Source: Pirellula staleyi DSM 6068
Lineage (GTDB): Bacteria; Planctomycetota; Planctomycetia; Pirellulales; Pirellulaceae
DNA: 32,000 bases
Assembly: GCA_000025185.1 (NCBI GenBank)
Contig: CP001848.1
Span: forward strand, 3,150,001-3,182,000
Reading direction: 5' to 3'
A program made the position numbers and the translations under genes. Positions 7,701 to 16,381 of the stretch are shown one piece after another. Below the pieces are notes generated by a model, which saw only the letters and a program-made list of their open reading frames with translations, was not told the origin of the DNA and ran no database searches. The first letter of the stretch is position 1, and each line of letters starts with the position of its first letter.

Positions 7701-8996
7701 TCAATGCGCGCCGCGACAAAGGGCGGCTAGGTCTTCAAAATAATGGGGATAGGTTTTGGCGGTACAGCCGGGATCGAGAATCACCACACCTGGGACGAGT
7801 AGTCCCGGAAGTGCGAGGCTCATCGCCATGCGGTGGTCGCGATAGGTTTCGATCGTCGCGGCTTTCAGTGGACCTGGAATGATGGTGAGCCCTTCGTCCC
7901 GTTCTTCGACCGTTGCGCCGAGTTTACGTAGTTCGCGAGCTAAATCGCCAATGCGATCGGTTTCTTTGTGACGAATATGGCCCACGCCGTGGATGATCGT
8001 AGGGCCGTCGACGAACAGGGCGACAGCGGCGAGCGTTTGCACCGTATCGCTGATCGCGTTCATGTCGACTTCGATGCCGCGTAAGGCTTTACCCGAGACG
8101 GTGATCTGATGAGGCTGACGCTCGACTCGGCATCCCATCTGCTCGAGGCAGTCGACAATGCCGACATCACCTTGCAGCGCATCGGGACCGAGGTTCTTCA
8201 CCGTGACCGAGCCTCCGGTGATCGCCGCAGCGGCCCAAAAATAGCTCGCGGCTGAAGCATCGGGCTCGATCTGGTAGTCGATGCCGGTGTATTTCTGCGG
8301 CGCTGCGAGTTCGATGAGCGAAAGGCTATCTTCGCTGCGAGTCTGTCCGACATCGATGCCGAACGACTTCATCACGGCAAGGGTCATGTGGACGTAGGGC
8401 TTCGAGACGAGATCGCCCGTGACATGCACGCGAACTGGATTTTTGGCAACAGGCGCCGCCATTAAGAGACCACTGAGGAACTGACTCGAGACATCGCCGC
8501 GCACTTCGACATCGCCGCCGCCGAGTCCTCTGGCTTTGAGCTTCACAGGGGGAAAGCCTGGTTTGATTTCCCCTTGGCAATCGGAGCCGAGGCGATTGAG
8601 TGCGTCCATCAAGTCGCCGATGGGACGCTCGCGCATGCGTGGTACACCATCGAGCCGAAATTCCCCTTCACAAGCGGCCAGCATCGCCGTGAGGAATCGA
8701 ATCGTGGTTCCACTATTACCGACGAACAAATCGCCCGTCGGTTTTGGAAGCCGACCTCCACAGCCGGTGACCGCGAGCGTTTGCTTCTCGTCGCTCGCTT
8801 CGACCACGATACCAAGCCGATCGAGGCTGTCGATCATCACCTGAGTATCTTCGCTATCGAGAGCTCCGCGCAGGATGGAGTTGCCATGGGCAAGCGCGGC
8901 ACAAACTAGAGCTCGATTCGTAATGCTTTTTGAGCCAGGAGGCTGAATCGAGCCAACAATGGGTCCAGACGTTGCAACCTGTATCCGGTCGTTCAC
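7701..8996 (-). CDS. aroA: 3-phosphoshikimate 1-carboxyvinyltransferase (EPSP synthase)
   Basis: It carries PPGSKSITNRALVCAAL, GNSGTTIRFL and RMRERPIGDL, plus the C-terminal DHRMAMSLAL. The track ORF begins at TTG 9014. I prefer GTG 8996, which forms a GTGA start/stop overlap with the upstream gene. Confidence 0.9.
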   Translation of the reverse strand: MNDRIQVATSGPIVGSIQPPGSKSITNRALVCAALAHGNSILRGALDSEDTQVMIDSLDRLGIVVEASDEKQTLAVTGCGGRLPKPTGDLFVGNSGTTIRFLTAMLAACEGEFRLDGVPRMRERPIGDLMDALNRLGSDCQGEIKPGFPPVKLKARGLGGGDVEVRGDVSSQFLSGLLMAAPVAKNPVRVHVTGDLVSKPYVHMTLAVMKSFGIDVGQTRSEDSLSLIELAAPQKYTGIDYQIEPDASAASYFWAAAAITGGSVTVKNLGPDALQGDVGIVDCLEQMGCRVERQPHQITVSGKALRGIEVDMNAISDTVQTLAAVALFVDGPTIIHGVGHIRHKETDRIGDLARELRKLGATVEERDEGLTIIPGPLKAATIETYRDHRMAMSLALPGLLVPGVVILDPGCTAKTYPHYFEDLAALCRGAH

Positions 8997-10222
8997 GGCG
9001 CGGCAATCTTCCAAAGGGTCTTATCGCTGCGAATGAGCAGGGCGTTGCCACTGACAGCGGGGGAGGCGAGAACAGATTCACCGAGAGAGTTGGTTTCGAC
9101 GAGTTCGCCCTTCTCGCCATTGATGCTGGCGACGAGGCATTCGCCGTCTTGATTGACGCTAAACAGATGATCGCCCGCGAGCACGGGGGTCGACCAGAAG
9201 GTTCCCTTCAAACGGAGTTGCCATGCGACTTCGCCACTCTTGGCATCGCCGCACGTAATCACACCAGCACGTGTGAGGATATAGACCTTGTCTTTGTAGA
9301 TGATGGGGCTGCTATTGCCGGGCGAAAGACGACTTGATTCCCAGGCGAGTGTGGCACTGGTTTTGTCGGCAGGTGCTTCCAAAACGGTAAGACCGTTGGA
9401 AGGGAGATAGATACGTCCATCGGCAGTGGTAGCCGAGGGAATGCCAGCACAGGCCGACTTGTATTCCCAAATGATGTTGCCGGTCGCTGGGACGTGAGCC
9501 GTCAGGCGATCGGGCGATTGCAGCAGCACAAGTTCTTTGCCATCGGATCCTTTGAGCGCCACTGGCGAGACCCAGTTGGCATCTTTCGGGCGATCGATGC
9601 GCCAAGCGGTTTCTCCCGTTGCACTGTTGATGCCGGCGGCAAACGAATCCCCTTGGTTTTCGATCTGCACGACCACTGTGTTACCGACCACGAGTGGCGA
9701 AGCCGACATACCGACGTCGTTGCCTGCTTTGGGATAGTCACTGGCGAGGCCCCGATACCACAGCAGATTTCCTTCAAGGTCGAGGCAAATCAAATCGTTC
9801 GACGAATAGAAGGCAAAGATCCGCTCGCCATCGCTGGCAGGGGTTGGAGCAGCGTTGGCGCTCGTGGGATGGTGGAAGCAGCGACCTGTCGCCCAAAACT
9901 GGCGATGCCAAAGTTGCTTGCCACTTGCAAGGTCGAAGCAGAGAACGTGTAGGCGATTTTGTGTCACCGCGCCACTGCTGGCGGTCACAAACACCTTGTC
10001 CCCCACCACGATCGGCCCCGAAACACCGTGGCCTGGAAGCGATGCTTTCCAAGCGACGTTTTCCGTGGCCGAGAACTTCAGCGGAGGCTTCGACTCGGCG
10101 GCGAGGCTGCTCCCATCGGTTCCACGAAACTGTCGCCAATCCTCGGCATGAGCACTCGCTACGAGCGTGAGTATCGAAGCAGCTAACGCGTACTTAAAAC
10201 TCGCACGAAAGGTAATGAGCAT
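8993..10222 (-). CDS. Secreted PQQ-like (BamB-type) beta-propeller repeat protein
   Basis: The signal peptide is MLITFRASFKYALAASILTLVASAHAEDW. Repeated ...G.L.W... blades follow (GKQLWHRQFW, GNLLWYRGL, GETAWRIDR, GNIIWEYKS, GEVAWQLRL), as in PQQ-like propellers. Confidence 0.8.
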   Translation of the reverse strand: MLITFRASFKYALAASILTLVASAHAEDWRQFRGTDGSSLAAESKPPLKFSATENVAWKASLPGHGVSGPIVVGDKVFVTASSGAVTQNRLHVLCFDLASGKQLWHRQFWATGRCFHHPTSANAAPTPASDGERIFAFYSSNDLICLDLEGNLLWYRGLASDYPKAGNDVGMSASPLVVGNTVVVQIENQGDSFAAGINSATGETAWRIDRPKDANWVSPVALKGSDGKELVLLQSPDRLTAHVPATGNIIWEYKSACAGIPSATTADGRIYLPSNGLTVLEAPADKTSATLAWESSRLSPGNSSPIIYKDKVYILTRAGVITCGDAKSGEVAWQLRLKGTFWSTPVLAGDHLFSVNQDGECLVASINGEKGELVETNSLGESVLASPAVSGNALLIRSDKTLWKIAAP

Positions 10223-10285
10223 AAAACGTATTTCTGCGTAGTGGAGAGTTTATTAAATGCGGGATGAACCTCGAGGCAATCGCGA

Positions 10286-11473
10286 CTAGCGAAGCGTTCG
10301 TGGCAACTCGGCTGTCTTCGGGAGTGGACGATCTTGCGACAAAATGGCTGTGCCAATCGAGTCGCAGGCGCGGATCTGAAATTGCCAGCGCTGAGCCCAA
10401 GCCTCTTTCTGTTCGTTCTGACAAACCTTTAGGAGAATCGTATTCTTCCCCTTCTTCAGCTTGACCGATTGGTTGTACTGATCGACTTCCATACCGGCAT
10501 GGTAGACGTGGTTTTCACTCAGCAGTTCGCCGTTCACCCACAGCTTGGTGGCGTTAATGCAGCCCAGGCGAAGATCGATCGTTTGATCTTTGTCGGAAGC
10601 AAATTCGGCGAGACAGTAGACAATCGCACCTTTGTGATTCTCGAGCACTTTGTTGAGGTCGACCACACCGTAGTCGTCGGTCGTGGTGTGATCGATCCAC
10701 TTCACTTTTCCCTTCATACCCTCGTACTCGGCGGCTGGATCGATGCCGAGTTCGGGTGGATAGGCGACATCCCATCCCTTGTCTTCAATGTTGTCGAAGG
10801 GACCAATCACCTTCCAGGTCATCAGGTAGCCCATGTGCGTGGCGATGTCGACCGTTTCACCAGCGTCGCGAAGTTTGGCGGAAGCTTCTTTGATTTGATC
10901 GAGATCGCGAGAGGCGGCGAAGGCTTTTTTGTAAGCAGCGATTTGAGCTGGCTTTTCTTTTTCAGCAGCGGCCTGCGACAAAGCGTAAGCAACGGCATCG
11001 CGGCGGAGTTCGAGGCTGGGGTCGCCGAGCAGCGTGGGGATCAACTTAGCTTCAGCCGTCGGGTCGACCGAAGCGAGCAGTTCGTACGACAATCGCCGCG
11101 CGTGGGGCGAGTGCTTGGTGTCGGCGAGGAAGGTTTCGAGTTCGGTTTTCGGAAGGGGCGCGCGACGTGTAGCAGCAGCTTCAGCCAGGCCACGGAGCCA
11201 GTTTTCGGCCAAAGGGGAAGCGCCGTCCATCGCTGCAAGGATCTGGGGTACATCGCTGGCCGAGGCTGCTTTCATTTCGAGAGCGGCAGCAGTGGCGGCT
11301 GGATGGCCGGCACCTTTGTTACCCACTTCGCGGATGGCGGCTAGTTGTTTCGACCAGTCGGCTCCCTCTGCCGAAGCCGAAATCGCGCCGACGAGCAGCG
11401 TGGCTGTGGCCAAAGATTTCCAGGCGAGAGTTTTGCGAACCAAGATTTTCCAAGTGGCAAATGGGCGTGACAT
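10286..11473 (-). CDS. Hypothetical secreted protein with N-terminal HEAT-like helical repeats and a C-terminal beta-sandwich (jelly-roll-like) domain
   Basis: The start is chosen at the internal ATG 11473 (MSRPFATWKILVRKTLAWKSLATATLLVGAISASAEG), which gives a signal peptide. A HEAT-like segment is PTLLGDPSLELRRDAVAYAL. The C-terminus (WKVIGPFDN...KLWVNGELL...GKNTILLKVCQ) resembles galactose-binding-like sandwiches. Confidence 0.6.
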   Translation of the reverse strand: MSRPFATWKILVRKTLAWKSLATATLLVGAISASAEGADWSKQLAAIREVGNKGAGHPAATAAALEMKAASASDVPQILAAMDGASPLAENWLRGLAEAAATRRAPLPKTELETFLADTKHSPHARRLSYELLASVDPTAEAKLIPTLLGDPSLELRRDAVAYALSQAAAEKEKPAQIAAYKKAFAASRDLDQIKEASAKLRDAGETVDIATHMGYLMTWKVIGPFDNIEDKGWDVAYPPELGIDPAAEYEGMKGKVKWIDHTTTDDYGVVDLNKVLENHKGAIVYCLAEFASDKDQTIDLRLGCINATKLWVNGELLSENHVYHAGMEVDQYNQSVKLKKGKNTILLKVCQNEQKEAWAQRWQFQIRACDSIGTAILSQDRPLPKTAELPRTLR

Positions 11474-11624
11474 AAAGCATCTCGATCGTGGAGGACGGTT
11501 TGCAAATGCCGGGGATCGCGAGTCGTGAAAACCCAGCCGCGTGAGCATTTTAGCGAAGTCTCGCGCGGCTGGTAATCTGGCAGTCGATGAGAATTGATCG
11601 CATCGACGAGTGCATCCTGGAGAA

Positions 11625-12326
11625 CTATTTTGCGGGCGTGATCTGGATGTTGCGTAGCGCAACAGCACCGTGATCACCTTGGAACATCAGCGGACCGGTT
11701 GCTGCTTCTTTGCCAGTCACACCCGATGGGGTTGGCCCCTTCATTTCGACATTCTCGTGAATCACTTCGCCGTTGAGCGTCACCTTCACGAACTTGGCAT
11801 TGGCGATCTTCTTGTCCCCTTCAAACTTGGGGGCAGTGAAGACGATTTCAATCGTTTGCCATTCACCTGGTTTCTTCGCGGCGTTCTTTAGTGGAGCACT
11901 CGCCCCATACAAGCCACCGAGATCGCCAGGACCGACCTTGGCTTTGCCAAAGCTATCGAGGATCTGCACTTCGTATTCGCCCAGGACATAAATGCCGCTA
12001 TTGGATCCCTTGGGAACCATGAGCTCGAGCGAGATCGTGCAGTCGCCGAACTTTTCATTGGTGTAGATGTCGACTCCGCCGCCGGTCTTGTTCACCAGCC
12101 CCGCAGCACCTTCGCCCGAGTCGCTAAACGCTAGCTTGGCTTCATTGGTGGCATCGAGTTTGGCAAATCCGACGGCCCACTGGCTCTTCTCTTTCGAATT
12201 CTTGAAGCTCCAGGCCGAGAGATCGGCGTCGAGCTTGGGGCTGATGACGGATGGCTCAGCGGCCCATCCGCTCGTAGCAAGCGCAGCGAGGGCGGTGAGG
12301 ACGAGCAAGGTTTGACGAATCTTCAT
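11625..12326 (-). CDS. DUF1080 (3-keto-disaccharide hydrolase-like) domain protein, secreted
   Basis: The start is at ATG 12326 (MKIRQTLLVLTALAALATSGWAAEP), giving a signal peptide. NSGIYVLGEYEVQILDS and the C-terminal GPLMFQGDHGAVALRNIQI are the DUF1080 hallmarks. Confidence 0.8.
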   Translation of the reverse strand: MKIRQTLLVLTALAALATSGWAAEPSVISPKLDADLSAWSFKNSKEKSQWAVGFAKLDATNEAKLAFSDSGEGAAGLVNKTGGGVDIYTNEKFGDCTISLELMVPKGSNSGIYVLGEYEVQILDSFGKAKVGPGDLGGLYGASAPLKNAAKKPGEWQTIEIVFTAPKFEGDKKIANAKFVKVTLNGEVIHENVEMKGPTPSGVTGKEAATGPLMFQGDHGAVALRNIQITPAK

Positions 12327-12517
12327 GGGTGGGAAACTCCGGCGAGAGGTGCGTGCCGAACAGGCTCGCTTAATTAGGGGCAGGAAGGGGAATCGCACGG
12401 CGCGAAGTGCCTCGCGCCGTAGGCCGCTGATTGTAAGCGGTTGTACATCGGTCCGACGAATGTTTTTCGCCCGATTTATGCCACTTTTTCGCCGCAAAAG
12501 AGCAGCCTCGCCAGGTG

Positions 12518-13459
12518 CTAGCGCGACTTGCGTTTCGCAGCGCGAATGAAATTCTTCATCTCGTGAGGGAGTGGGGATTCAAACCGGAGTGGTTCCCCCG
12601 TCATGGGATGCGACAGCCCAAGCAGACGTGCGTGGAGCGCAATCCGCGCATGCGTCCAGCGCGTGTCGGCTGCTTCATCGGCGCGATAACGCTGGTCGCC
12701 AATCAGCGGATGCCCCGCTTCGGCGAAGTGAACGCGAATCTGGTTGCGACGCCCCGTTTCTAGCCAGACTTGGACCACCGAAGCGCCTGCCAGCTCTTCA
12801 ATCACGCGATAGTGCGTCACTGCATGCTGACCAATCGATTCATCGTCGGTCGAATAGCGATTCAAATCGCGATCGGTTGCCAGAAAGCTCTCGATCATTC
12901 CTTCCGGTTTATCGAGTTTGCCGCGCACAATCGCCACATACTCGCGCTCTGGTTTATGCATCGCAAATTGATCGCGCAGCATTTGCGCCAGTTCGGTCGT
13001 CTTTCCGAAGATCAGCAGGCCCGATACGCCTCGATCAAGACGATGCACTTGAAACGCACCTTTGCCCCGCGACACAATTTTCACGTAATTTGCGACACGT
13101 TCGAGCAACGTTCCACGGTCGTTTTTGGGGGTTGGCACAGTGAGCAGTGCCGCTGGTTTCTCGACCACGATGAGGTGCCGATCTTCGTAGACGATACCAA
13201 AACCCAGACCACCCCGAATCTTCTTTTTGGGATGGTAGCGATGATGTGGATCGAAAGCGATTTCGATCCGATCGTCGACCGAGAGTGGCTGGCCAGGCTC
13301 GTCCGTTACCGCGCCGTTGAGCTTCACACATTGATGATCAAGAAGTCCACGAACTTGCTCGCGCGAGAAGCCTGAAAGCTGTTTCACTGCCAAGTCGAGA
13401 CGATGGAGCTCGGCGAGATTCGATTCGGTAATGACGAGCGTTTTTTGAAGAATGGCCAT
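12518..13459 (-). CDS. RluA-family (RluD-like) 23S rRNA pseudouridine synthase
   Basis: An N-terminal S4-like segment (RLDLAVKQLSGFSREQVRGLLDHQCVKLNG) is followed by the catalytic motif HRLDRGVSGLLIFGKT and the downstream GRRNQIRVH. The start is chosen at ATG 13459. Confidence 0.88.
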   Translation of the reverse strand: MAILQKTLVITESNLAELHRLDLAVKQLSGFSREQVRGLLDHQCVKLNGAVTDEPGQPLSVDDRIEIAFDPHHRYHPKKKIRGGLGFGIVYEDRHLIVVEKPAALLTVPTPKNDRGTLLERVANYVKIVSRGKGAFQVHRLDRGVSGLLIFGKTTELAQMLRDQFAMHKPEREYVAIVRGKLDKPEGMIESFLATDRDLNRYSTDDESIGQHAVTHYRVIEELAGASVVQVWLETGRRNQIRVHFAEAGHPLIGDQRYRADEAADTRWTHARIALHARLLGLSHPMTGEPLRFESPLPHEMKNFIRAAKRKSR

Positions 13460-13604
13460 CGACAATGCAATCGTGCGGAAATGAAAAGGCGAGCCTGACA
13501 ACGGGGCCAGACTCGCCAAGGTTCTCGGTAAAAATCGTTAGGAGCGAACTTCGAGCCGGATTCCATTTCGAACAGAAAAAGCCTCGCAGTCCGATCCAGC
13601 AAAA

Positions 13605-14327
13605 CTATTCGCCCATCAGTTTCTTGACATTGGGTTCGATCTGTTCGGCCCAAATGCGATAGCTCTTTTCGTTGAGGTGCAGCAGGTCGGGCATGATCTC
13701 TTTGCTCAGCGTGCCATCCTCTGCGAGGAATGCCTTGCCGATGTCTTGGAAAAAGACATCTTTGTCGTCGGCCAGTTTGGCGATGATGGCGTTAGCTCCA
13801 TCGTTCACTTTGCGTTGACGATCTTCGGCGGTGGCACCACGTGGGAAGATTCCGAGGATCAGGATTTTTGTTTCGGGAAGGCTCGTGCGGAGCTTCTTCA
13901 CAATGGCTTCAACACCAGCGGCAATGTCTTCCGACTTGTTGCCACCGGAGTTGTTGGTGCCGATCATGATCACGGCCAGCTTCGGCTTAATCCCTTCGAT
14001 GTTGCCGTTTTCAAGGCGCCACAGCACGTGCTGGGTGCGATCGCCACCAATGCCGAGGTTCACGGCATTTCGCTTGGTGTAGAACTCTTCCCATACCTTC
14101 TTGCCGGCACCTTCCCAGCCTTGCGTAATGCTGTCGCCGATCATCAGCAGATCGACGTTCCCTTTCTTAACTCGCTCGTTCATCGACTCGTGGCGTTTCA
14201 TCCAGCCACCATCGCGTGGCACAGGCACCACGGTATCAACCGCTGGCTTGTCTTCAGCGCGAAGCGAAACAAAAGTCGTGCTGACAAGTGCCAGGGCGAC
14301 AAAGAAATTGCGGAGCAGTAGAGTCAT
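13605..14327 (-). CDS. Secreted SGNH/GDSL hydrolase (PAF-acetylhydrolase-Ib-like esterase)
   Basis: It has a signal peptide. Block I is LMIGDSITQGW, block II is GIGGDRTQHVLWRL, block III is IMIGTNN and block V is DLLHLN. Confidence 0.85.
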   Translation of the reverse strand: MTLLLRNFFVALALVSTTFVSLRAEDKPAVDTVVPVPRDGGWMKRHESMNERVKKGNVDLLMIGDSITQGWEGAGKKVWEEFYTKRNAVNLGIGGDRTQHVLWRLENGNIEGIKPKLAVIMIGTNNSGGNKSEDIAAGVEAIVKKLRTSLPETKILILGIFPRGATAEDRQRKVNDGANAIIAKLADDKDVFFQDIGKAFLAEDGTLSKEIMPDLLHLNEKSYRIWAEQIEPNVKKLMGE

Positions 14328-14427
14328 GAGGATCTCCCGGAGAGGTGTGGAAAACTAGGTGGGGCTGGACGTCAGCAGGATAATCGATCCGCGAGCGCCA
14401 GGCGAGTCGCGGCAACTGTTGCGGGAC

Positions 14428-14473
14428 AAAAACGAAAAAGGCTCGCTACCCACCAGGGTGGATAACGAGCCTT
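14428..14473 (-). terminator. Intrinsic terminator candidate downstream of the HDOD gene
   Basis: On the minus strand, aaggctcg (complement of 14466-14473) pairs with cgagcctt (complement of 14438-14445) around a structured 20-nt loop. It is followed by tttttcgttttt (the plus-strand A-run at 14428-14439). It lies 47 nt after the stop at 14520. Confidence 0.6.
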
Positions 14474-14519
14474 GAAGTCGCTTCGAATTTGCTTGACGTG
14501 CAAAGCACTGAGTTCGGCG

Positions 14520-15431
14520 CTAAGCCTTGGCGGGAACAGGGCCGGCGAGGTGCTGCGACAGGGTGACTGCGGGGGCAGCTACCTTGAGAACTGGTGCGAA
14601 ATCGCAGAATTCCTTGTCGATTTGACCCAGGATGTCAGCCGGGGTTTTGCCGCTGCTTCCTGCAATTTTGGTGAACGCTTCGCAGAAAGCTTCGCGTTCG
14701 GTCCAGTTCTTTTCACCAGCGGTCGGAAGCATCGACGAAAGTGCCACAGCGAGGCGACCGACGTCGGTGCTGCCAGCAGCGAGCATTTCGGGGAGCTGCG
14801 TGTGCGATTCGATGAGGCGAGCGAACTCTTCTGGGAGGCTCCAGGTGCGAGCCATCAAGGCGGCAGCATCGGCGTGGGTCCAGCCAAACTCAGCACGTTC
14901 GAGATCCGAAAGTCGCGATGGCGATTCGGTTCGACCGGCGAACAGTTTCAGGTATCGCTGCGGCAATTCCTTGGCCAAGAGAGGAACGGCCATGTCTTGG
15001 AGCAGGGCAGCGGCGAAGAGATCTTCGGCTTCTTTGAGCCCCGAGAGCTTGCCCATGGCGCGGGCAAAGAGTCCGCGTCGGAGCGAGTCTTGCCACAAGC
15101 TCTTGAGATCGAAGGGGCCGCACTTCGGGTTCGGCATCAAGCTGAAGACCGCGCTCCAAAGTGCGAAATTCTTGATCGTGCGGATACCGACGAGCGTGAT
15201 CGCGAGCTTGATGCTCGAAATCTCTCGCGAGAAACCGAAGTACGACGAGTTGACGAACTTCAGCACCTGACCGGTCAGGCCGGGATCGGCTTCGATCGGC
15301 ACGGCGAACTCAGCAGGGCCATTGTCGGGGTTCTGCGAGAGCTCCAAAAGTCGGATCGCACTGTGTGGCAGCGCGGGCAACTGAGCACTCTGAAGCAGTT
15401 CCTTGAGATTGTTGGGATTCGCTGCGGGCAT
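14520..15431 (-). CDS. HDOD domain-containing protein
   Basis: The start is at ATG 15431 (MPAANPNNLKELL...). LPALPHSAIRLLELSQNPDNGPAEFAVPIEADPGLTGQVLKFVNSSYFGFSREISSIKLAITLVGIRTIKNFAL is a typical HDOD N-terminal core. No other domain is evident. Confidence 0.85.
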   Translation of the reverse strand: MPAANPNNLKELLQSAQLPALPHSAIRLLELSQNPDNGPAEFAVPIEADPGLTGQVLKFVNSSYFGFSREISSIKLAITLVGIRTIKNFALWSAVFSLMPNPKCGPFDLKSLWQDSLRRGLFARAMGKLSGLKEAEDLFAAALLQDMAVPLLAKELPQRYLKLFAGRTESPSRLSDLERAEFGWTHADAAALMARTWSLPEEFARLIESHTQLPEMLAAGSTDVGRLAVALSSMLPTAGEKNWTEREAFCEAFTKIAGSSGKTPADILGQIDKEFCDFAPVLKVAAPAVTLSQHLAGPVPAKA

Positions 15432-15867
15432 GGATGATTCACTTCGTGGCAGTGAGAAGGGGAAAACCTGCCAGGCAGGCGGCACGTTCCGGCCGCTCGT
15501 CCGCTGGCAAGGAAAACCTAGGCCACGAGTTGCCCTACGGCAAACTGGCTCTGCCACAAGTTTTATTGTGCGAAAAAGCACAGCAAAAATTCCTTCGGTT
15601 CGGTCCTTGGGGAGATTCCGTGGTGTGGTCTTTTGGCAACATCCACCAGAGGCTCGTGTGGATAAAAGGGGACAAACGCGACGTCGAATAGATCGCACGA
15701 TTCGTGCTGTAAGTCGTTTTTGGTTAGTTGTTTACGGCAATTGATGGGGCAATGCACAGTCTCGGCATCGGGATTGCCTTAGTAGCTGGGCAGGTCGGTC
15801 AGGCAACGGTCGGTGACGAGCATCTCGCCACCCCGGCTGCTCCGCCGAACTGCTCGGAGCTGTTGCC

Positions 15868-16239
15868 ATGCCATGCCACCTCGTGCCGGTTTCGATTGCG
15901 ATTGCTGCAATGATGCTCGTTACGCCTGCGCTGGTTAGTGCTGACGATTCGTCGCAAGCTTCGAGTGTAAAACAACCTACGGCGATTTCTGGTGGCCATG
16001 CCGCCATTGATGATGGCTGGCGTCGCACCACTAAAGGGTGGGAGCATATGAGTTCGTGGCAACGTCCTCAGCCGGCTCCCGCTAAGCTCTCGGCAACTGC
16101 TCTGGTGCGTAGCTCTAAGTCGCTGGGCCGAATGGACTTCCATCCAGCGATTCTGGCGATCGGCATGATCGTTACAGCGGTGGTGGCGTTTCTCGTCTGG
16201 GACCCTCGCGAGTCGCTGGAACCAGCCAGCGGCAAATAG
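15868..16239 (+). CDS. Hypothetical membrane-anchored protein (123 aa)
   Basis: It has an N-terminal signal-like segment (VSIAIAAMMLVTPALVSADD) and a C-terminal TM segment (ILAIGMIVTAVVAFLVW). It lies 140 nt upstream of, and co-directional with, the 782-aa gene. I recognise no family. Confidence 0.45.
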   Translation: MPCHLVPVSIAIAAMMLVTPALVSADDSSQASSVKQPTAISGGHAAIDDGWRRTTKGWEHMSSWQRPQPAPAKLSATALVRSSKSLGRMDFHPAILAIGMIVTAVVAFLVWDPRESLEPASGK

Positions 16240-16381
16240 CCGCTCGAGTCGGGTTTCGGTTTCTCGGATAAATCTTGGGGTTTGATGTACGGATCGATTG
16301 CCCGGTCTGTACTAATTCTTCTAGACGCCCCGCGATCCAAGTTCTGGTCCGCGCATGGGGCGACCGCTAGAGGAACCTGCC

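Noticed and set aside
6495-7730. 411-aa plus-strand ORF
   Set aside because: It is antisense to ettA, which is near-collinear with E. coli EttA, and is therefore a shadow ORF. The same reasoning applies to 10469..11344, 13677..14321, 14472..15437, 12770..13375 and 30053..30739.
11474-11677. Long N-terminal extensions of several track ORFs (10286..11677, 11625..12497, 14520..15698, 19062..19520, 21406..23196, 12518..13519)
   Set aside because: The extensions are Arg/Ser/Cys-rich and unconserved-looking. Internal ATG or GTG codons give proper signal peptides or family-typical N-termini, and the extensions would otherwise overlap upstream genes or terminators. I therefore used shorter gene models.
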